In this document: positions 1 through 9,073 of the stretch, piece by piece | Position numbering within the stretch: the stretch's first letter is position 1 | Layout of the letters: the number at the start of each line of letters is the position of its first letter | Sequence record: SRR20825006_720 | Direction: 5' to 3' (one strand) | DNA: 48,192 bases | Translations under genes and position numbers: made by a program | Notes under the pieces: generated by a model | Database searches by the model: none | Told to the model about the DNA's origin: nothing | What the model saw: only the letters and a program-made list of their open reading frames with translations

Positions 1-18
1 AACAATATTAATATTGTT
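1..18. promoter_or_regulatory. Perfect 18-bp palindrome AACAATATT-AATATTGTT, candidate operator
   Basis: Exact dyad symmetry in the sequence, upstream of ORF 139..366. AT-rich context, so chance is possible. Confidence 0.4.
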
Positions 19-138
19 TTAAACTATATTTATATGTGTTAAAACAATAAATTTAATTTTCATTTTTACAAATAAAACCTATATTTATATAGTTATGACC
101 AGTGTTTCCACCATAAATACAAATAGATTTATTCCAAA

Positions 139-366
139 ATGAGCTTAAAACCAAACAACCTACTCCCCCTACTCTCTTACTTTGAAGAATGTCACGAGGG
201 AGATTTACTTTCCCTTACACAATGGTTGGATAAGGCCATTTATATGTTTCATTATCTTTCAACGGATATTTTTTCAGAAATTGAGCGCCAAAATGTTTGT
301 CATGTACTCATGGAACTAAAGGAAGCTGTTTTGAAAATCCATGTTGAGCAAAACAATTGTGCTTAA
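139..366 (+). CDS. Small hypothetical helical protein (75 aa)
   Basis: Intact ATG..TAA ORF with A-rich start context and amphipathic-helix composition. No recognised domain. Confidence 0.7.
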   Translation: MSLKPNNLLPLLSYFEECHEGDLLSLTQWLDKAIYMFHYLSTDIFSEIERQNVCHVLMELKEAVLKIHVEQNNCA

Positions 367-412
367 AATCCACTCCATTTATTTTTATTGGCTGAACCTT
401 ATCTTTTACCAG

Positions 413-967
413 TTAATCTGGCTTACTTTCCTTTTCGCATTTATAATTCTGAATGCTTGGAATCTTTAAAGTCTCTAATATTGCAATTAGTTTATCCCTC
501 TGTGCGTCCCTTCTTTTTTTACCTTCATTAATTAGACCAATGACTGAGCTGGCTATTCCAGTAATTTCAGCAATTGTTATTGCGGCGGGCCAAAAGGCTT
601 TGTTATTGTCGCAATTTTGATTTTGGAATTTTTTTAATTCATTTAAAGCATTTTTTAAGGAAGGATTGTTTGCAACGAAATCCGGGTTATTGATGCGACC
701 AAATTCATTTAAAGCGTTTCTCGTTTTTAACTCAGACAAATTAGCCATATGCTTATTTATTATTTTATTGAATTTAATGGCAACTTGTTGGTACGACTCA
801 ATGAATTGTTTCTTGTCATTACAGTTGCAGTAATCTGTTAAAACTTTAGTTTCGATTTGCAAATTAACCTCGGTTAAGAGTTCCACCAGGTTATCTTTCT
901 CTTGAGAATAGGATAACATGGAAACCATACCAAAAAGGAAAAATGTGAATTTAAATTTGCCAGCCAT
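413..967 (-). CDS. Secreted hypothetical protein (184 aa)
   Basis: Sec-type signal (MAGKFKFTFFLFGMVSMLSYSQE), four Cys, internal amphipathic segment WPAAITIAEITGIASSVIGLINEG. Confidence 0.8.
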   Translation of the reverse strand: MAGKFKFTFFLFGMVSMLSYSQEKDNLVELLTEVNLQIETKVLTDYCNCNDKKQFIESYQQVAIKFNKIINKHMANLSELKTRNALNEFGRINNPDFVANNPSLKNALNELKKFQNQNCDNNKAFWPAAITIAEITGIASSVIGLINEGKKRRDAQRDKLIAILETLKIPSIQNYKCEKESKPD

Positions 968-1130
968 AATTTTATTTTTGAATTATTTATTTTTATTCAG
1001 TAAAATGTTTTGGTATTTAGAATACGAGTAACACCTGTAACAGGATATTTCACCGGCGCAGTAAGTAGAAGGATAAGTCAATGATTTTTGCAGATCAAAA
1101 AGATAGCTATTACCGTTGAAAACCCACCGT

Positions 1131-1153
1131 AGGAAATCCTTATAGATTCTAGG
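1131..1153. promoter_or_regulatory. Motif AGGAAATCCTTA-N3-ATTCT-RGG, copy 1
   Basis: Same motif at 2867..2889. Both copies lie upstream of minus-strand genes. Confidence 0.55.
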
Positions 1154-1207
1154 TTGTCCCTTATAATTACCGGTCCCTTACCCCCATGCACGATACTTTG
1201 AATTACA

Positions 1208-2653
1208 TTACAATTCCACCGCTTTATTCGCTATAGTGAGTAAATCTTTCATGGTAAACACACCGTTTGTCCCTAAAGTGGGCGACCAATCCCTATTATG
1301 TCCCAAATAAGATTCTTCATCCATTTCCAACAAGCCGATGAGAGTTTCTGCCACAATAGTACCACCCACAGGACCTAAACCTTCACCAGGTTTGCTGCCA
1401 CCATTGTCAATCCTTCCAATCTCCTCTGCCTCGGCTAAAATGTAAAACCAGAGCGGTGTCCCATTGTCCAGATTAATGTTATATGCTTGCGATACATTTC
1501 GAATTAGGTTCTTTACATCATTGATTTCGCCTTCGTCGCGTTCCGTACAAGCGGCTACGGATTCCCCAGAAGGCAATAAAAAGCTTTGGCCCCTACGCAA
1601 ATTTCTAGTCGCCAGCGATTTATCTGCGGGGTTGGTGGAATCGATAAAGGGGAGGTTGAGCAAAATGGCCGCGAGCTGGGTGTCCAATTTTTCTGCACGT
1701 TGGTAATTGCCGTCAAAATCGAACAAGGCCTCCCACTCCACTATTTGTTTTTGGTTCTTTATCTTTTCAAAGCCCCGTCCGAACTCACTGGAAAAGATAC
1801 TGTGTACATCGCCTGATGGCTTCAACTTAAGTTGTTGGTTGATCATGGAATGTCCAAAACGATAGGCAGCCACTGAAAACTCCACAGGAATGAAGGCACT
1901 GTGGCATGGCTTGTAGAACTTTCGACCAGCGCCCAATATTTCACTTACCAATTTTGATCCGCACAATAGGGGCAAAAACTCGTTCACTACAACCCATTGA
2001 TAGTGCCACGTTACAAGTTGCCGCGCTTCTTCATAAATCTCCACCGCTGCCTTATGGGGATCTGCATTCTTTAAGGCATCGTAATTTGCATTGTAAAACC
2101 GGATCATGGCCAATTGGAACTGTGAAATCACCCGGTTTTCATCGTTTCTTGGGTCTCCGATAATGGCTGTTTCGGTGCCTGTTCGAGGCAGGTCATGTTT
2201 TTCCAGATTGGCAGCCTGACCTTGATTCTGGTTGGTTTTTCCTGTCAATAGATAAAGTCCCCTACCCTCAGGTTTATCGTACAAAAAAGGTTCATCCTCT
2301 GGACCTCCACCAAAAATACAGTCCAAATCCAACGTAGCGCTACGGGTATTTTCAATTTCACTTGGATTATTGATACTGCTGAAATTGGTTTGGGTGTCAA
2401 AAGTAATATCGTGATCTACGAATTGACCAAAAAAGATCATACCCAAGGGTACATCAGAGGTCAATTCAGCATTGGTAGCATCCATAGGTCCCCCCGGGGC
2501 TCCCAATTTCGCCAGTTCTACCGGGTTGACATACAAAGGTGAAACTTCCCTAAACATACGCCCAAACCTACCGATGGATTCTTTCCCGTATGAATTGAAT
2601 GTACATAACTGATTTTTTCCGTAAAAGCTGTGTCTTCCGTGATTGTTTTTCAT
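1208..2653 (-). CDS. Heme peroxidase, peroxidase-cyclooxygenase (animal heme peroxidase) superfamily
   Basis: Distal GQFVDHD, GDPRNDEN, proximal AYRFGHS and TPLWFYILAEA motifs. No signal peptide. Confidence 0.93.
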   Translation of the reverse strand: MKNNHGRHSFYGKNQLCTFNSYGKESIGRFGRMFREVSPLYVNPVELAKLGAPGGPMDATNAELTSDVPLGMIFFGQFVDHDITFDTQTNFSSINNPSEIENTRSATLDLDCIFGGGPEDEPFLYDKPEGRGLYLLTGKTNQNQGQAANLEKHDLPRTGTETAIIGDPRNDENRVISQFQLAMIRFYNANYDALKNADPHKAAVEIYEEARQLVTWHYQWVVVNEFLPLLCGSKLVSEILGAGRKFYKPCHSAFIPVEFSVAAYRFGHSMINQQLKLKPSGDVHSIFSSEFGRGFEKIKNQKQIVEWEALFDFDGNYQRAEKLDTQLAAILLNLPFIDSTNPADKSLATRNLRRGQSFLLPSGESVAACTERDEGEINDVKNLIRNVSQAYNINLDNGTPLWFYILAEAEEIGRIDNGGSKPGEGLGPVGGTIVAETLIGLLEMDEESYLGHNRDWSPTLGTNGVFTMKDLLTIANKAVEL

Positions 2654-2719
2654 GATTGTTTCTTTTTTAATTAGTATTGTTTTTAATTGGGGGAAAATGG
2701 TTTCATGCCTTTAGGCAGA

Positions 2720-2758
2720 CCTTCATCATTAAAAGGCAAAACATTTTAATGATGAAGG
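2720..2758. repeat. 15-bp perfect inverted repeat CCTTCATCATTAAAA / TTTTAATGATGAAGG with 9-nt spacer
   Basis: Arms at 2720-2734 and 2744-2758, 67-105 nt upstream of the peroxidase start. Confidence 0.8.
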
Positions 2759-2866
2759 GAAATACTGTGCGCCCAATAAGATGAAAAAATAACGGGGGAA
2801 GTAACTTGTAGGAAGTCAATAACTTGGAGACCAACAAGATAACCCATATCTCCGAAAAATAATTAC

Positions 2867-2889
2867 AGGAAATCCTTAAAAATTCTGGG
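2867..2889. promoter_or_regulatory. Motif AGGAAATCCTTA-N3-ATTCT-RGG, copy 2
   Basis: Matches 1131..1153. Lies in the divergent peroxidase/sigma intergenic region. Confidence 0.55.
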
Positions 2890-3178
2890 GTTTTTACCCA
2901 GTTGAAATGCACTCCACTTTCCTCCTAGCTTGGGTTTTATATTGTGCACTGTCAAAACTCAACTCCCATTTCGCGAGAGGAGTACAGAACAACCTTAATC
3001 ATGTTCCATTGTATGTGTTTTCTACACCATACGGACCAAATCATAAAATTTTTAACAAAAAACAAGGTGGATACGCACTATTTGCTATTCTTTTTTCAAA
3101 GAAATCTCATTTTTACTAGGATTTCTTCAAAAAAAGGTTAACTTATATATACACAGAATGTTACACTAAAATAGATAT

Positions 3179-4039
3179 ATGAGGCAATTAAAGATTACCA
3201 AACAAATTACAAACAGGGATGCCAAATCATTGGAAAAGTATTTTCAAGAAATTTCCAAAATTGATTTGATAACAGCAGAAGAAGAAGTAGAATTGGCCAG
3301 AAGAATTCGCGAAGGTGATCAAGTTGCTCTCAATAAATTGGTAAATGCCAACCTGCGTTTTGTGGTGTCCACCGCAAAACAATACCAAGGCAGTGGCCTA
3401 CGGCTTTCCGACTTGATCAATGAAGGGAATATTGGTTTGGTGAAAGCCGCCAAACGTTTTGATGAAACCAGGGGGTTTAAATTTATCTCCTACGCGGTTT
3501 GGTGGATCAGACAATCCATATTGCAGGCCATTTCACAAAACTCCCGTATGGTACGGTTGCCTCTAAATAAGATTGGGGAAATCAGTAAAATAAACAAAGT
3601 GTATTCCTCTTTGGAACAAATGCACCAAAGACCTCCGAGCGCGGCTGAAATAGCCAACGAGCTTGATACCACTTCCACGAAAGTGAAACTGGCCATGAAA
3701 AATTCGGGGAAACACTTGTCCATGGATGCGCCTTTTCAGGAGGGCGAATCCTCCAACCTCTACAATGTCGTGGCATCAAAGAACACCTCAAGCCCCGATG
3801 ATAAAATGATCAAGGATTCCCTGAGCACGGATATCAGCCAAGCGTTAAAAACCCTCCCCGACCGCGAGAGCGAAGTCATCCGTTTGTATTATGGTCTGGG
3901 ACAACGGGCCCCAAAAAGTCTGGGCGAAATAGGGGAACTGTTTGATATTACCCGGGAACGTGTACGTCAAATCAGGGAAAAAGCCATCCGAATGCTGAGA
4001 AAACGTTCGCACAATCAGGTTTTACAAGCCTATTTATAG
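3179..4039 (+). CDS. RNA polymerase sigma-70 factor, RpoD/SigA family (divergent paralog)
   Basis: MRQLKITKQ start, [27 protein letters not shown] (regions 2.1-2.4), TRERVRQI (region 4.2). Lacks region 1.1. Confidence 0.95.
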   Translation: MRQLKITKQITNRDAKSLEKYFQEISKIDLITAEEEVELARRIREGDQVALNKLVNANLRFVVSTAKQYQGSGLRLSDLINEGNIGLVKAAKRFDETRGFKFISYAVWWIRQSILQAISQNSRMVRLPLNKIGEISKINKVYSSLEQMHQRPPSAAEIANELDTTSTKVKLAMKNSGKHLSMDAPFQEGESSNLYNVVASKNTSSPDDKMIKDSLSTDISQALKTLPDRESEVIRLYYGLGQRAPKSLGEIGELFDITRERVRQIREKAIRMLRKRSHNQVLQAYL

Positions 4040-4058
4040 TGAGCGGCACATAGTATAT

Positions 4059-4088
4059 AAAAGCCAACCTTTTAGGTTGGCTTTTTTT
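4059..4088. terminator. Bidirectional intrinsic terminator
   Basis: AAGCCAACCT-ttt-AGGTTGGCTT with A and T tails, between convergent genes. Confidence 0.9.
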
Positions 4089-4110
4089 GTTCTTAATTGC
4101 CAAGTGTACT

Positions 4111-4782
4111 TTACGATAATTCCTCGGTAACCAGTTGGTTCTTGGATACACCGAGCTTTGCCAAATCTTGTTGTACCGACTTCATCATCGGTGGCGGTCC
4201 GCATAGGTAGAACTTCGCATCGGTATCGGTAATATGTTCTTTTAAGAATTCGGTATCCATAAATCCATGTGGAAACTTACTGCTGTGTTCATCAGAAAGA
4301 ATATTGATAAAATCCTTGCCCAACCACCTATGAAATTCGGACTGCATAATGATATCCCTTTCACGCTGATTGGCAAATAGCAACTTATTGCCTTCCAACT
4401 GGTTTTGTTGGGCCAACTGCCTAAAAATCGCAATAAATGGGGTGACCCCTGCCCCACCGGCCAAAAATACGCCAGGGCCTTGATACGAAATGGCACCCCA
4501 GGCATCGTCCAGTAATAAATGGTCACCTTGTTCCAGTGTTTGCAACATATCGGTTACACCATCGTGATTGGGATATACCTTTATGGTAAACTGTAAAAAG
4601 CCATCATCCGGTAGTCCCGTAAAGGTAAACGGACGCTTTTTTTCCCGCCAACCTTCTTTATCCAACGCAACTTCGGTAGCCTGACCGGGCTCAAAACTGT
4701 AATCGGCAGGGCGCTGCGTCTGGATTCGTAGTACATTGTGGGTTATAAAACCTATTTCTTGAATTTTAACTTTGTGTGGCAT
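4111..4782 (-). CDS. Ferredoxin/flavodoxin reductase-like FAD/NAD(P)-binding oxidoreductase
   Basis: RPFT FAD motif, LAGGAGVTPF NAD motif, FYLCGPPPM. Confidence 0.92.
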   Translation of the reverse strand: MPHKVKIQEIGFITHNVLRIQTQRPADYSFEPGQATEVALDKEGWREKKRPFTFTGLPDDGFLQFTIKVYPNHDGVTDMLQTLEQGDHLLLDDAWGAISYQGPGVFLAGGAGVTPFIAIFRQLAQQNQLEGNKLLFANQRERDIIMQSEFHRWLGKDFINILSDEHSSKFPHGFMDTEFLKEHITDTDAKFYLCGPPPMMKSVQQDLAKLGVSKNQLVTEELS

Positions 4783-4839
4783 GATGTGTTTTTAGTTGTT
4801 AAACAAAATATTTATGTCACTTCTGGACAGGTCCTTACC

Positions 4840-4870
4840 AAAAAAATAGGCCAACCTATAATGGCTGGCC
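4840..4870 (-). terminator. Intrinsic terminator after osmC
   Basis: Minus-strand GGCCAGCC-loop-GGTTGGCC followed by TATTTTTTT. Confidence 0.7.
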
Positions 4871-4898
4871 CTTTATTCTTTTCAACTAAAATTTTAGG

Positions 4899-5321
4899 TT
4901 ACTTTTTTAAGGAGACCTTTAGTTGAATATCCGTTTTTAATAATTTGGAGATAGGACAAACCTCTTTTGCCTTATGTGCAATTTGCTGAAATTGCTCGGC
5001 ATCGATATCGGGAATGTCGCCTTCCAAATCTAAATTGATCAAGGTCACCTCCCCGTCTTCAAAAGTTACAGTACTTGCAATATCCAAACTTTCTGGGGTA
5101 AATCCGTCCTCTCCCAATAAAAAACTTAACTGCATCGCAAAACAACCTGCGTGTGCCGCACCCACCAACTCTTCCGGGTTGGTGCCTTTTTCTCCATCCT
5201 CGAAGCGCGTGTGGAACGAGTATGGTGTTTTGTCCAATACGCCACTTGCTGTGCTCAATGTTCCTTTTCCTTCTTTGCCAGACCCTTTCCACTGGGCCTG
5301 AGCTTTTCTTGTAAATTTCAT
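4899..5321 (-). CDS. osmC: OsmC-family peroxiredoxin
   Basis: GTNPEELVGAAHAGCF and CPISK catalytic Cys pair, YSFHTRFE. Confidence 0.95.
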   Translation of the reverse strand: MKFTRKAQAQWKGSGKEGKGTLSTASGVLDKTPYSFHTRFEDGEKGTNPEELVGAAHAGCFAMQLSFLLGEDGFTPESLDIASTVTFEDGEVTLINLDLEGDIPDIDAEQFQQIAHKAKEVCPISKLLKTDIQLKVSLKK

Positions 5322-5358
5322 GTGTTATCTTTTTAAAATTATTATAATCTAGTATTAG

Positions 5359-6459
5359 TTATGCTTCCTGTTGGGCGCTTGCCTTGGGGTAATCGGTATA
5401 GCCTTCTTTGCCCGGGGTATAAAAGGTATCTTTGTCCCATTCGGCCAGTTCTATATCGTTCTCAAAGCGCTCCACCAAATCTGGATTGGAGATGTATGGT
5501 TTCCCAAAGGCTACCAAATCAGCATTTCCCGAGGCAATGACCTCGTTACCCGAATCTTGGTCAAACCCGCCGTTGATCATTAGCGTACCATTGTACAGGG
5601 GCCTGAAATGTTTGGCAATTTCCGTTACCGCGTAGGGTATATCGGAAACATCGGTAAATGGTTCGGACAGATGGATGTAGGCCAAATTGTAATCGTTCAG
5701 TTTTTTGATGATATATTCAAATGTGGGAATGGTATCCTCATCCATCGTCATTCCAAATACCCCGTTGAGCGAAGGATTGAACCGCGCCCCGATTTTTTCC
5801 TCTGGGATGACTTCCTTCACGGCATCCAACACTTCAAAAAAGAAACGAGCTTTATTTTCGTGGCTTCCTCCGTATTCGTCGGTTCTTGTGTTGGAGGTCC
5901 CGTTAAAAAATTGATGGAAAAGATAACCGTTGGAAGAATGGATTTCTACTCCATCAAATCCTGCTGCCACAGCATTTTTGGCGGCATTCTTGAAGTCTTC
6001 CACCGTAGTTTTGATATCGTCTTTGGTGATTTCCTTCGGAGTTACGGTATCTTTAAAGCCATCTGGTGTGTAGGATTGCTCGTTGGGATTTATCGCCGAT
6101 GGTGCCAGAGGCAGTTCCCCATCATGGAAAATCGGGTGGGACATTCTACCCACGTGCCATAACTGGATAAAGATCTTACCGCCTTTGTCGTGAACGCGCT
6201 TGGTCACCTTTTTCCAGCCCTCCACTTGGGCTTGGGTATGTATTCCAGGCGTATTGATGTATCCGACAGCTCGTTCCGAAACCTGAGACCCTTCGGTGAT
6301 GATCAAACCTGCGGAAGCACGTTGTTCATAATACAGGCCATGGAGTTCGTCAGTCGGCTTTTTTTCGTCGTTGGCCGCCCTGCTTCGGGTCATAGGTGCC
6401 ATTACGACACGGTTCTTCAAGGTAATGTTCTTGTTGTATGGTGTAAGTAAATGTTGCAT
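5359..6459 (-). CDS. nemA: Alkene reductase, old yellow enzyme (NemA-like)
   Basis: NRVVMAPMTRSRA, QLWHVGR, GFDGVEIHSSNGYL, DEYGGS, NPDLVERF. Confidence 0.93.
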   Translation of the reverse strand: MQHLLTPYNKNITLKNRVVMAPMTRSRAANDEKKPTDELHGLYYEQRASAGLIITEGSQVSERAVGYINTPGIHTQAQVEGWKKVTKRVHDKGGKIFIQLWHVGRMSHPIFHDGELPLAPSAINPNEQSYTPDGFKDTVTPKEITKDDIKTTVEDFKNAAKNAVAAGFDGVEIHSSNGYLFHQFFNGTSNTRTDEYGGSHENKARFFFEVLDAVKEVIPEEKIGARFNPSLNGVFGMTMDEDTIPTFEYIIKKLNDYNLAYIHLSEPFTDVSDIPYAVTEIAKHFRPLYNGTLMINGGFDQDSGNEVIASGNADLVAFGKPYISNPDLVERFENDIELAEWDKDTFYTPGKEGYTDYPKASAQQEA

Positions 6460-6509
6460 ATATCTGATTTTATTTATCAGAAAGATACAATGCGGAAAAC
6501 CTAAAATGA

Positions 6510-6523
6510 TTGACCTAAATCAA
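6510..6523. promoter_or_regulatory. FNR/CRP-type box TTGAC-N4-ATCAA
   Basis: One mismatch to TTGAT-N4-ATCAA. Sits right after the Crp/Fnr stop codon and about 50 nt upstream of nemA. Confidence 0.75.
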
Positions 6524-7114
6524 TTAGGCTTTTTTTAACTCACGTAGTTTTTTACGGGCACGGCTAAGGCTTTCTGCGGAAACTCCCAAATAATTGGCTA
6601 TTTGGTAGTTGGGAACGCGGCCATTAATATTTGGATAACTCTCACAGAATTCCAAATAACGTTCTTTAACACTTTTTCCCAAAGACGATAGAATGCGTTT
6701 ACGTTGCGATATGAAAGCACTGGTGACCAATAGCCTAAAATAGCGTTCAAAAATGGGAGCTTCTTGAAATAGAATTTGTAGGTCATCTTGATTGATGGCC
6801 AATAAAGTGGAATCTTCCAAGGCTTCAATGTACAATTTGGATGGTACTCCGTTGTAGAATGCATCAAAATCTCCAAGCCACCAATTTTCTATGGCGAACT
6901 GAACAATATTCTTATTCCCTTTTTGGTCCAAATAATACGCACTCAAACATCCTTCCACCACAAAATACTCATGCTTTACATAGGTATTCGGCCGCAATAC
7001 AAACTTTCCTTTGGCTACTGCCACCTCCCTAAGTTTTGAGGTGAACAAAAGCAAATCCTCCGGGCTTGCCTTTACTTGGTCATTAATATGTTGGATTAAT
7101 GGTTGATGTATCAT
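6524..7114 (-). CDS. Crp/Fnr family transcriptional regulator
   Basis: cNMP-binding-like N-terminal domain and C-terminal HTH IANYLGVSAESLSR. Confidence 0.93.
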   Translation of the reverse strand: MIHQPLIQHINDQVKASPEDLLLFTSKLREVAVAKGKFVLRPNTYVKHEYFVVEGCLSAYYLDQKGNKNIVQFAIENWWLGDFDAFYNGVPSKLYIEALEDSTLLAINQDDLQILFQEAPIFERYFRLLVTSAFISQRKRILSSLGKSVKERYLEFCESYPNINGRVPNYQIANYLGVSAESLSRARKKLRELKKA

Positions 7115-7314
7115 TCAGGTATAAAAAGTATAATAGGTGAGGCTTATGTTTAGAGATCTATATTTATATCGATCCCATATTTCTTCTAAAATAGGGATAG
7201 TAGATAAAACTTATATGTATAATCGTAAAATTGATTAATTGTAAATTAATGGCATGGCCATTTGATTATTGATATCTTAATATTATCAACTACATTCCCC
7301 AAACAATAACCCAT

Positions 7315-7341
7315 AAAAAAACCACCCAAAGGGTGGCTTTT
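7315..7341. terminator. Intrinsic terminator after the PPIase gene
   Basis: A-run, CCACCC-aaa-GGGTGG, T-run. Confidence 0.75.
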
Positions 7342-7366
7342 CCAATCTAGTATAAAAATCGTGTTT

Positions 7367-7795
7367 TTATAGTATCTCAACCACTTCAAGGTCGAACACC
7401 AAATCTTGGCCAGCCAACGGGTGGTTGGCATCTATGATAATATCTTCTTCTTCTACCTTGGCCACTCTAAACTGCTGTTCTTGCCCTTGGGCATTGGAGC
7501 CAACCAAGCCCATGCCCACTTCTGGTTTTAGGTCTTCCGGCAATTGTGTTTTAGAGATTTTTTGAAAAAGTGCCTCGTTTACCTCTCCATAGGCGTCTTG
7601 CTTATCTATGGTGATGGTTTTCTTTTCGTTAACGGCCATATCAATAAGACCTTTTTCAAAACCTGGTATAAGCTGACCCTGTCCTAATGCAACTTCCATA
7701 GGTTCGCGCTCCAAAGAACTGTCAAAAACCTGTCCGTTGGTCAATTTACCTGTGTAGTGCACCTTTACAGTGTCATTCTCTTTTACTGTACTCAT
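7367..7795 (-). CDS. FKBP-type peptidyl-prolyl isomerase (SlyD/SlpA-like, no His-rich tail)
   Basis: VKVHYTGKL, FDSS, LIPGFE, DANHPLAGQDLVF. Confidence 0.95.
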   Translation of the reverse strand: MSTVKENDTVKVHYTGKLTNGQVFDSSLEREPMEVALGQGQLIPGFEKGLIDMAVNEKKTITIDKQDAYGEVNEALFQKISKTQLPEDLKPEVGMGLVGSNAQGQEQQFRVAKVEEEDIIIDANHPLAGQDLVFDLEVVEIL

Positions 7796-7829
7796 AATTT
7801 TTGTTTATAGTTTTAAAATCAAAACGTTG

Positions 7830-7837
7830 CAAATATA
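7830..7837 (-). promoter_or_regulatory. Bacteroidota -7 promoter element TATATTTG
   Basis: Exact TAnnTTTG, 35 nt upstream of the PPIase start. Confidence 0.7.
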
Positions 7838-7953
7838 CAGGGTATAAAATGGTTCAACGAAAGAGTTGGCGCATACCTTTGGAAAAATTCGGTTTTTATC
7901 CAGGTTTGCTTGAATTTGTGCTAGAATTCTGCATAAACACGATGAAATTGCAT

Positions 7954-7997
7954 AAAAAAGGCCCACAATGTAAACCAATGTGGACCTTAGTTTTTTT
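7954..7997. terminator. Probable terminator after the M8 protease gene
   Basis: Imperfect stem AAGGCCCACA...TGTGGACCTT flanked by A and T runs. Confidence 0.55.
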
Positions 7998-8011
7998 AAA
8001 ACAAGCTATGC

Positions 8012-9073
8012 TTATTTCTTGCCGGTATTTACAAAACCTACTGGCATTAAAAGAATTTCTTTGGAGGCAATGTTGAGCCCTTCGGAGGTATCGCCTTCCT
8101 CTAAGGTGCTTAAATCAACACCCGGTGTTACTCGTGGCAGATCGTACTGCTCCCCTACGCTAGCTGCCCCATAGCCCAGGTCTTTCATGGAACCGGCCGT
8201 AATCCTGCTCAATGGATTTTCACCCAAGTTCAAGAACCCGGTCATAAGCTCGTTGTTCAAAGTAGATTCTTGCCAATGGCCAAATGCCGTTCCGGGTCCA
8301 TAAAGGCTTTCTATGGGCAGTTCCCCTGTTCCTCCTTCAGCATTCCAGAATACGTTCGCTTTATGTCCTGCAAAATATGGGGTGGTCTCGCCACCTAGCA
8401 TCAAGGTCCTGTCAAATCCAAAATCAGCAGTGTTCCAAAGTGTTCCAATGCCCAAAACGTGCCCCATTTCGTGTACAATCACATCTTCGAACAAGTCCAA
8501 GCTTTCCAAAAAGTCCAGGTCCTCCACATCAAAGTACATAACGCCCGAAATAGGCAGGAAATCACTTGTGCGGACAAAATTGGGTCCAGCCTGCCCCAAT
8601 ACACCGCCGGGACCATCGATGGGTGCCAATGCCACTTCTATTACTATATCGTCCAAGGTTCCATCCACAGCAGGAGGAAAACCTGTAAATGCCGATGGAA
8701 TGGTTCCTGTTATGGACGGAACGTCCTTTATAATGATTCGCTCCCATCGGGCAGCGGCTTGATCAAATACTTCTTGCTGTCGTTCGGTGGGTGGCAATAA
8801 AAACTTTAAGCTGATATTAAAACGTCCGTTATCGGTACCCGCGGCACCTGTTGCCCTTGCGGTCGAAATATCCGTGGTAGTCAAATCATCCAAAATAATG
8901 GGATCTCCTATGCGTGCTTCAAGTGTAATCAACGTAGGTTCGGACTCTTGAATGGAGTTTACATCTTCGTCCATACCAACATCGTTGGAGCAAGAGGAAA
9001 AAATCAGCATTCCCACAGCTGCTGTAAATGATAAAGAATAGCGGAAAATTTTTGTGAGGTTTCTCGTAATCAT
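8012..9073 (-). CDS. Leishmanolysin-like (M8) zinc metallopeptidase lipoprotein
   Basis: Lipobox FSSC, HEMGHVLGIG, distal GHW, Met-turn ELMTG. Confidence 0.88.
   Translation of the reverse strand: MITRNLTKIFRYSLSFTAAVGMLIFSSCSNDVGMDEDVNSIQESEPTLITLEARIGDPIILDDLTTTDISTARATGAAGTDNGRFNISLKFLLPPTERQQEVFDQAAARWERIIIKDVPSITGTIPSAFTGFPPAVDGTLDDIVIEVALAPIDGPGGVLGQAGPNFVRTSDFLPISGVMYFDVEDLDFLESLDLFEDVIVHEMGHVLGIGTLWNTADFGFDRTLMLGGETTPYFAGHKANVFWNAEGGTGELPIESLYGPGTAFGHWQESTLNNELMTGFLNLGENPLSRITAGSMKDLGYGAASVGEQYDLPRVTPGVDLSTLEEGDTSEGLNIASKEILLMPVGFVNTGKK

Noticed and set aside
2703-3141. Three short ORFs in the peroxidase/sigma intergenic region
   Set aside because: They overlap one another, have low-complexity AT-driven composition, and cover the promoter region.
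4815-4829. TGTC-N7-GACA upstream of the reductase gene
   Set aside because: Only 4-bp arms, in the opposite arrangement to the 28253 operator. Too weak to support.
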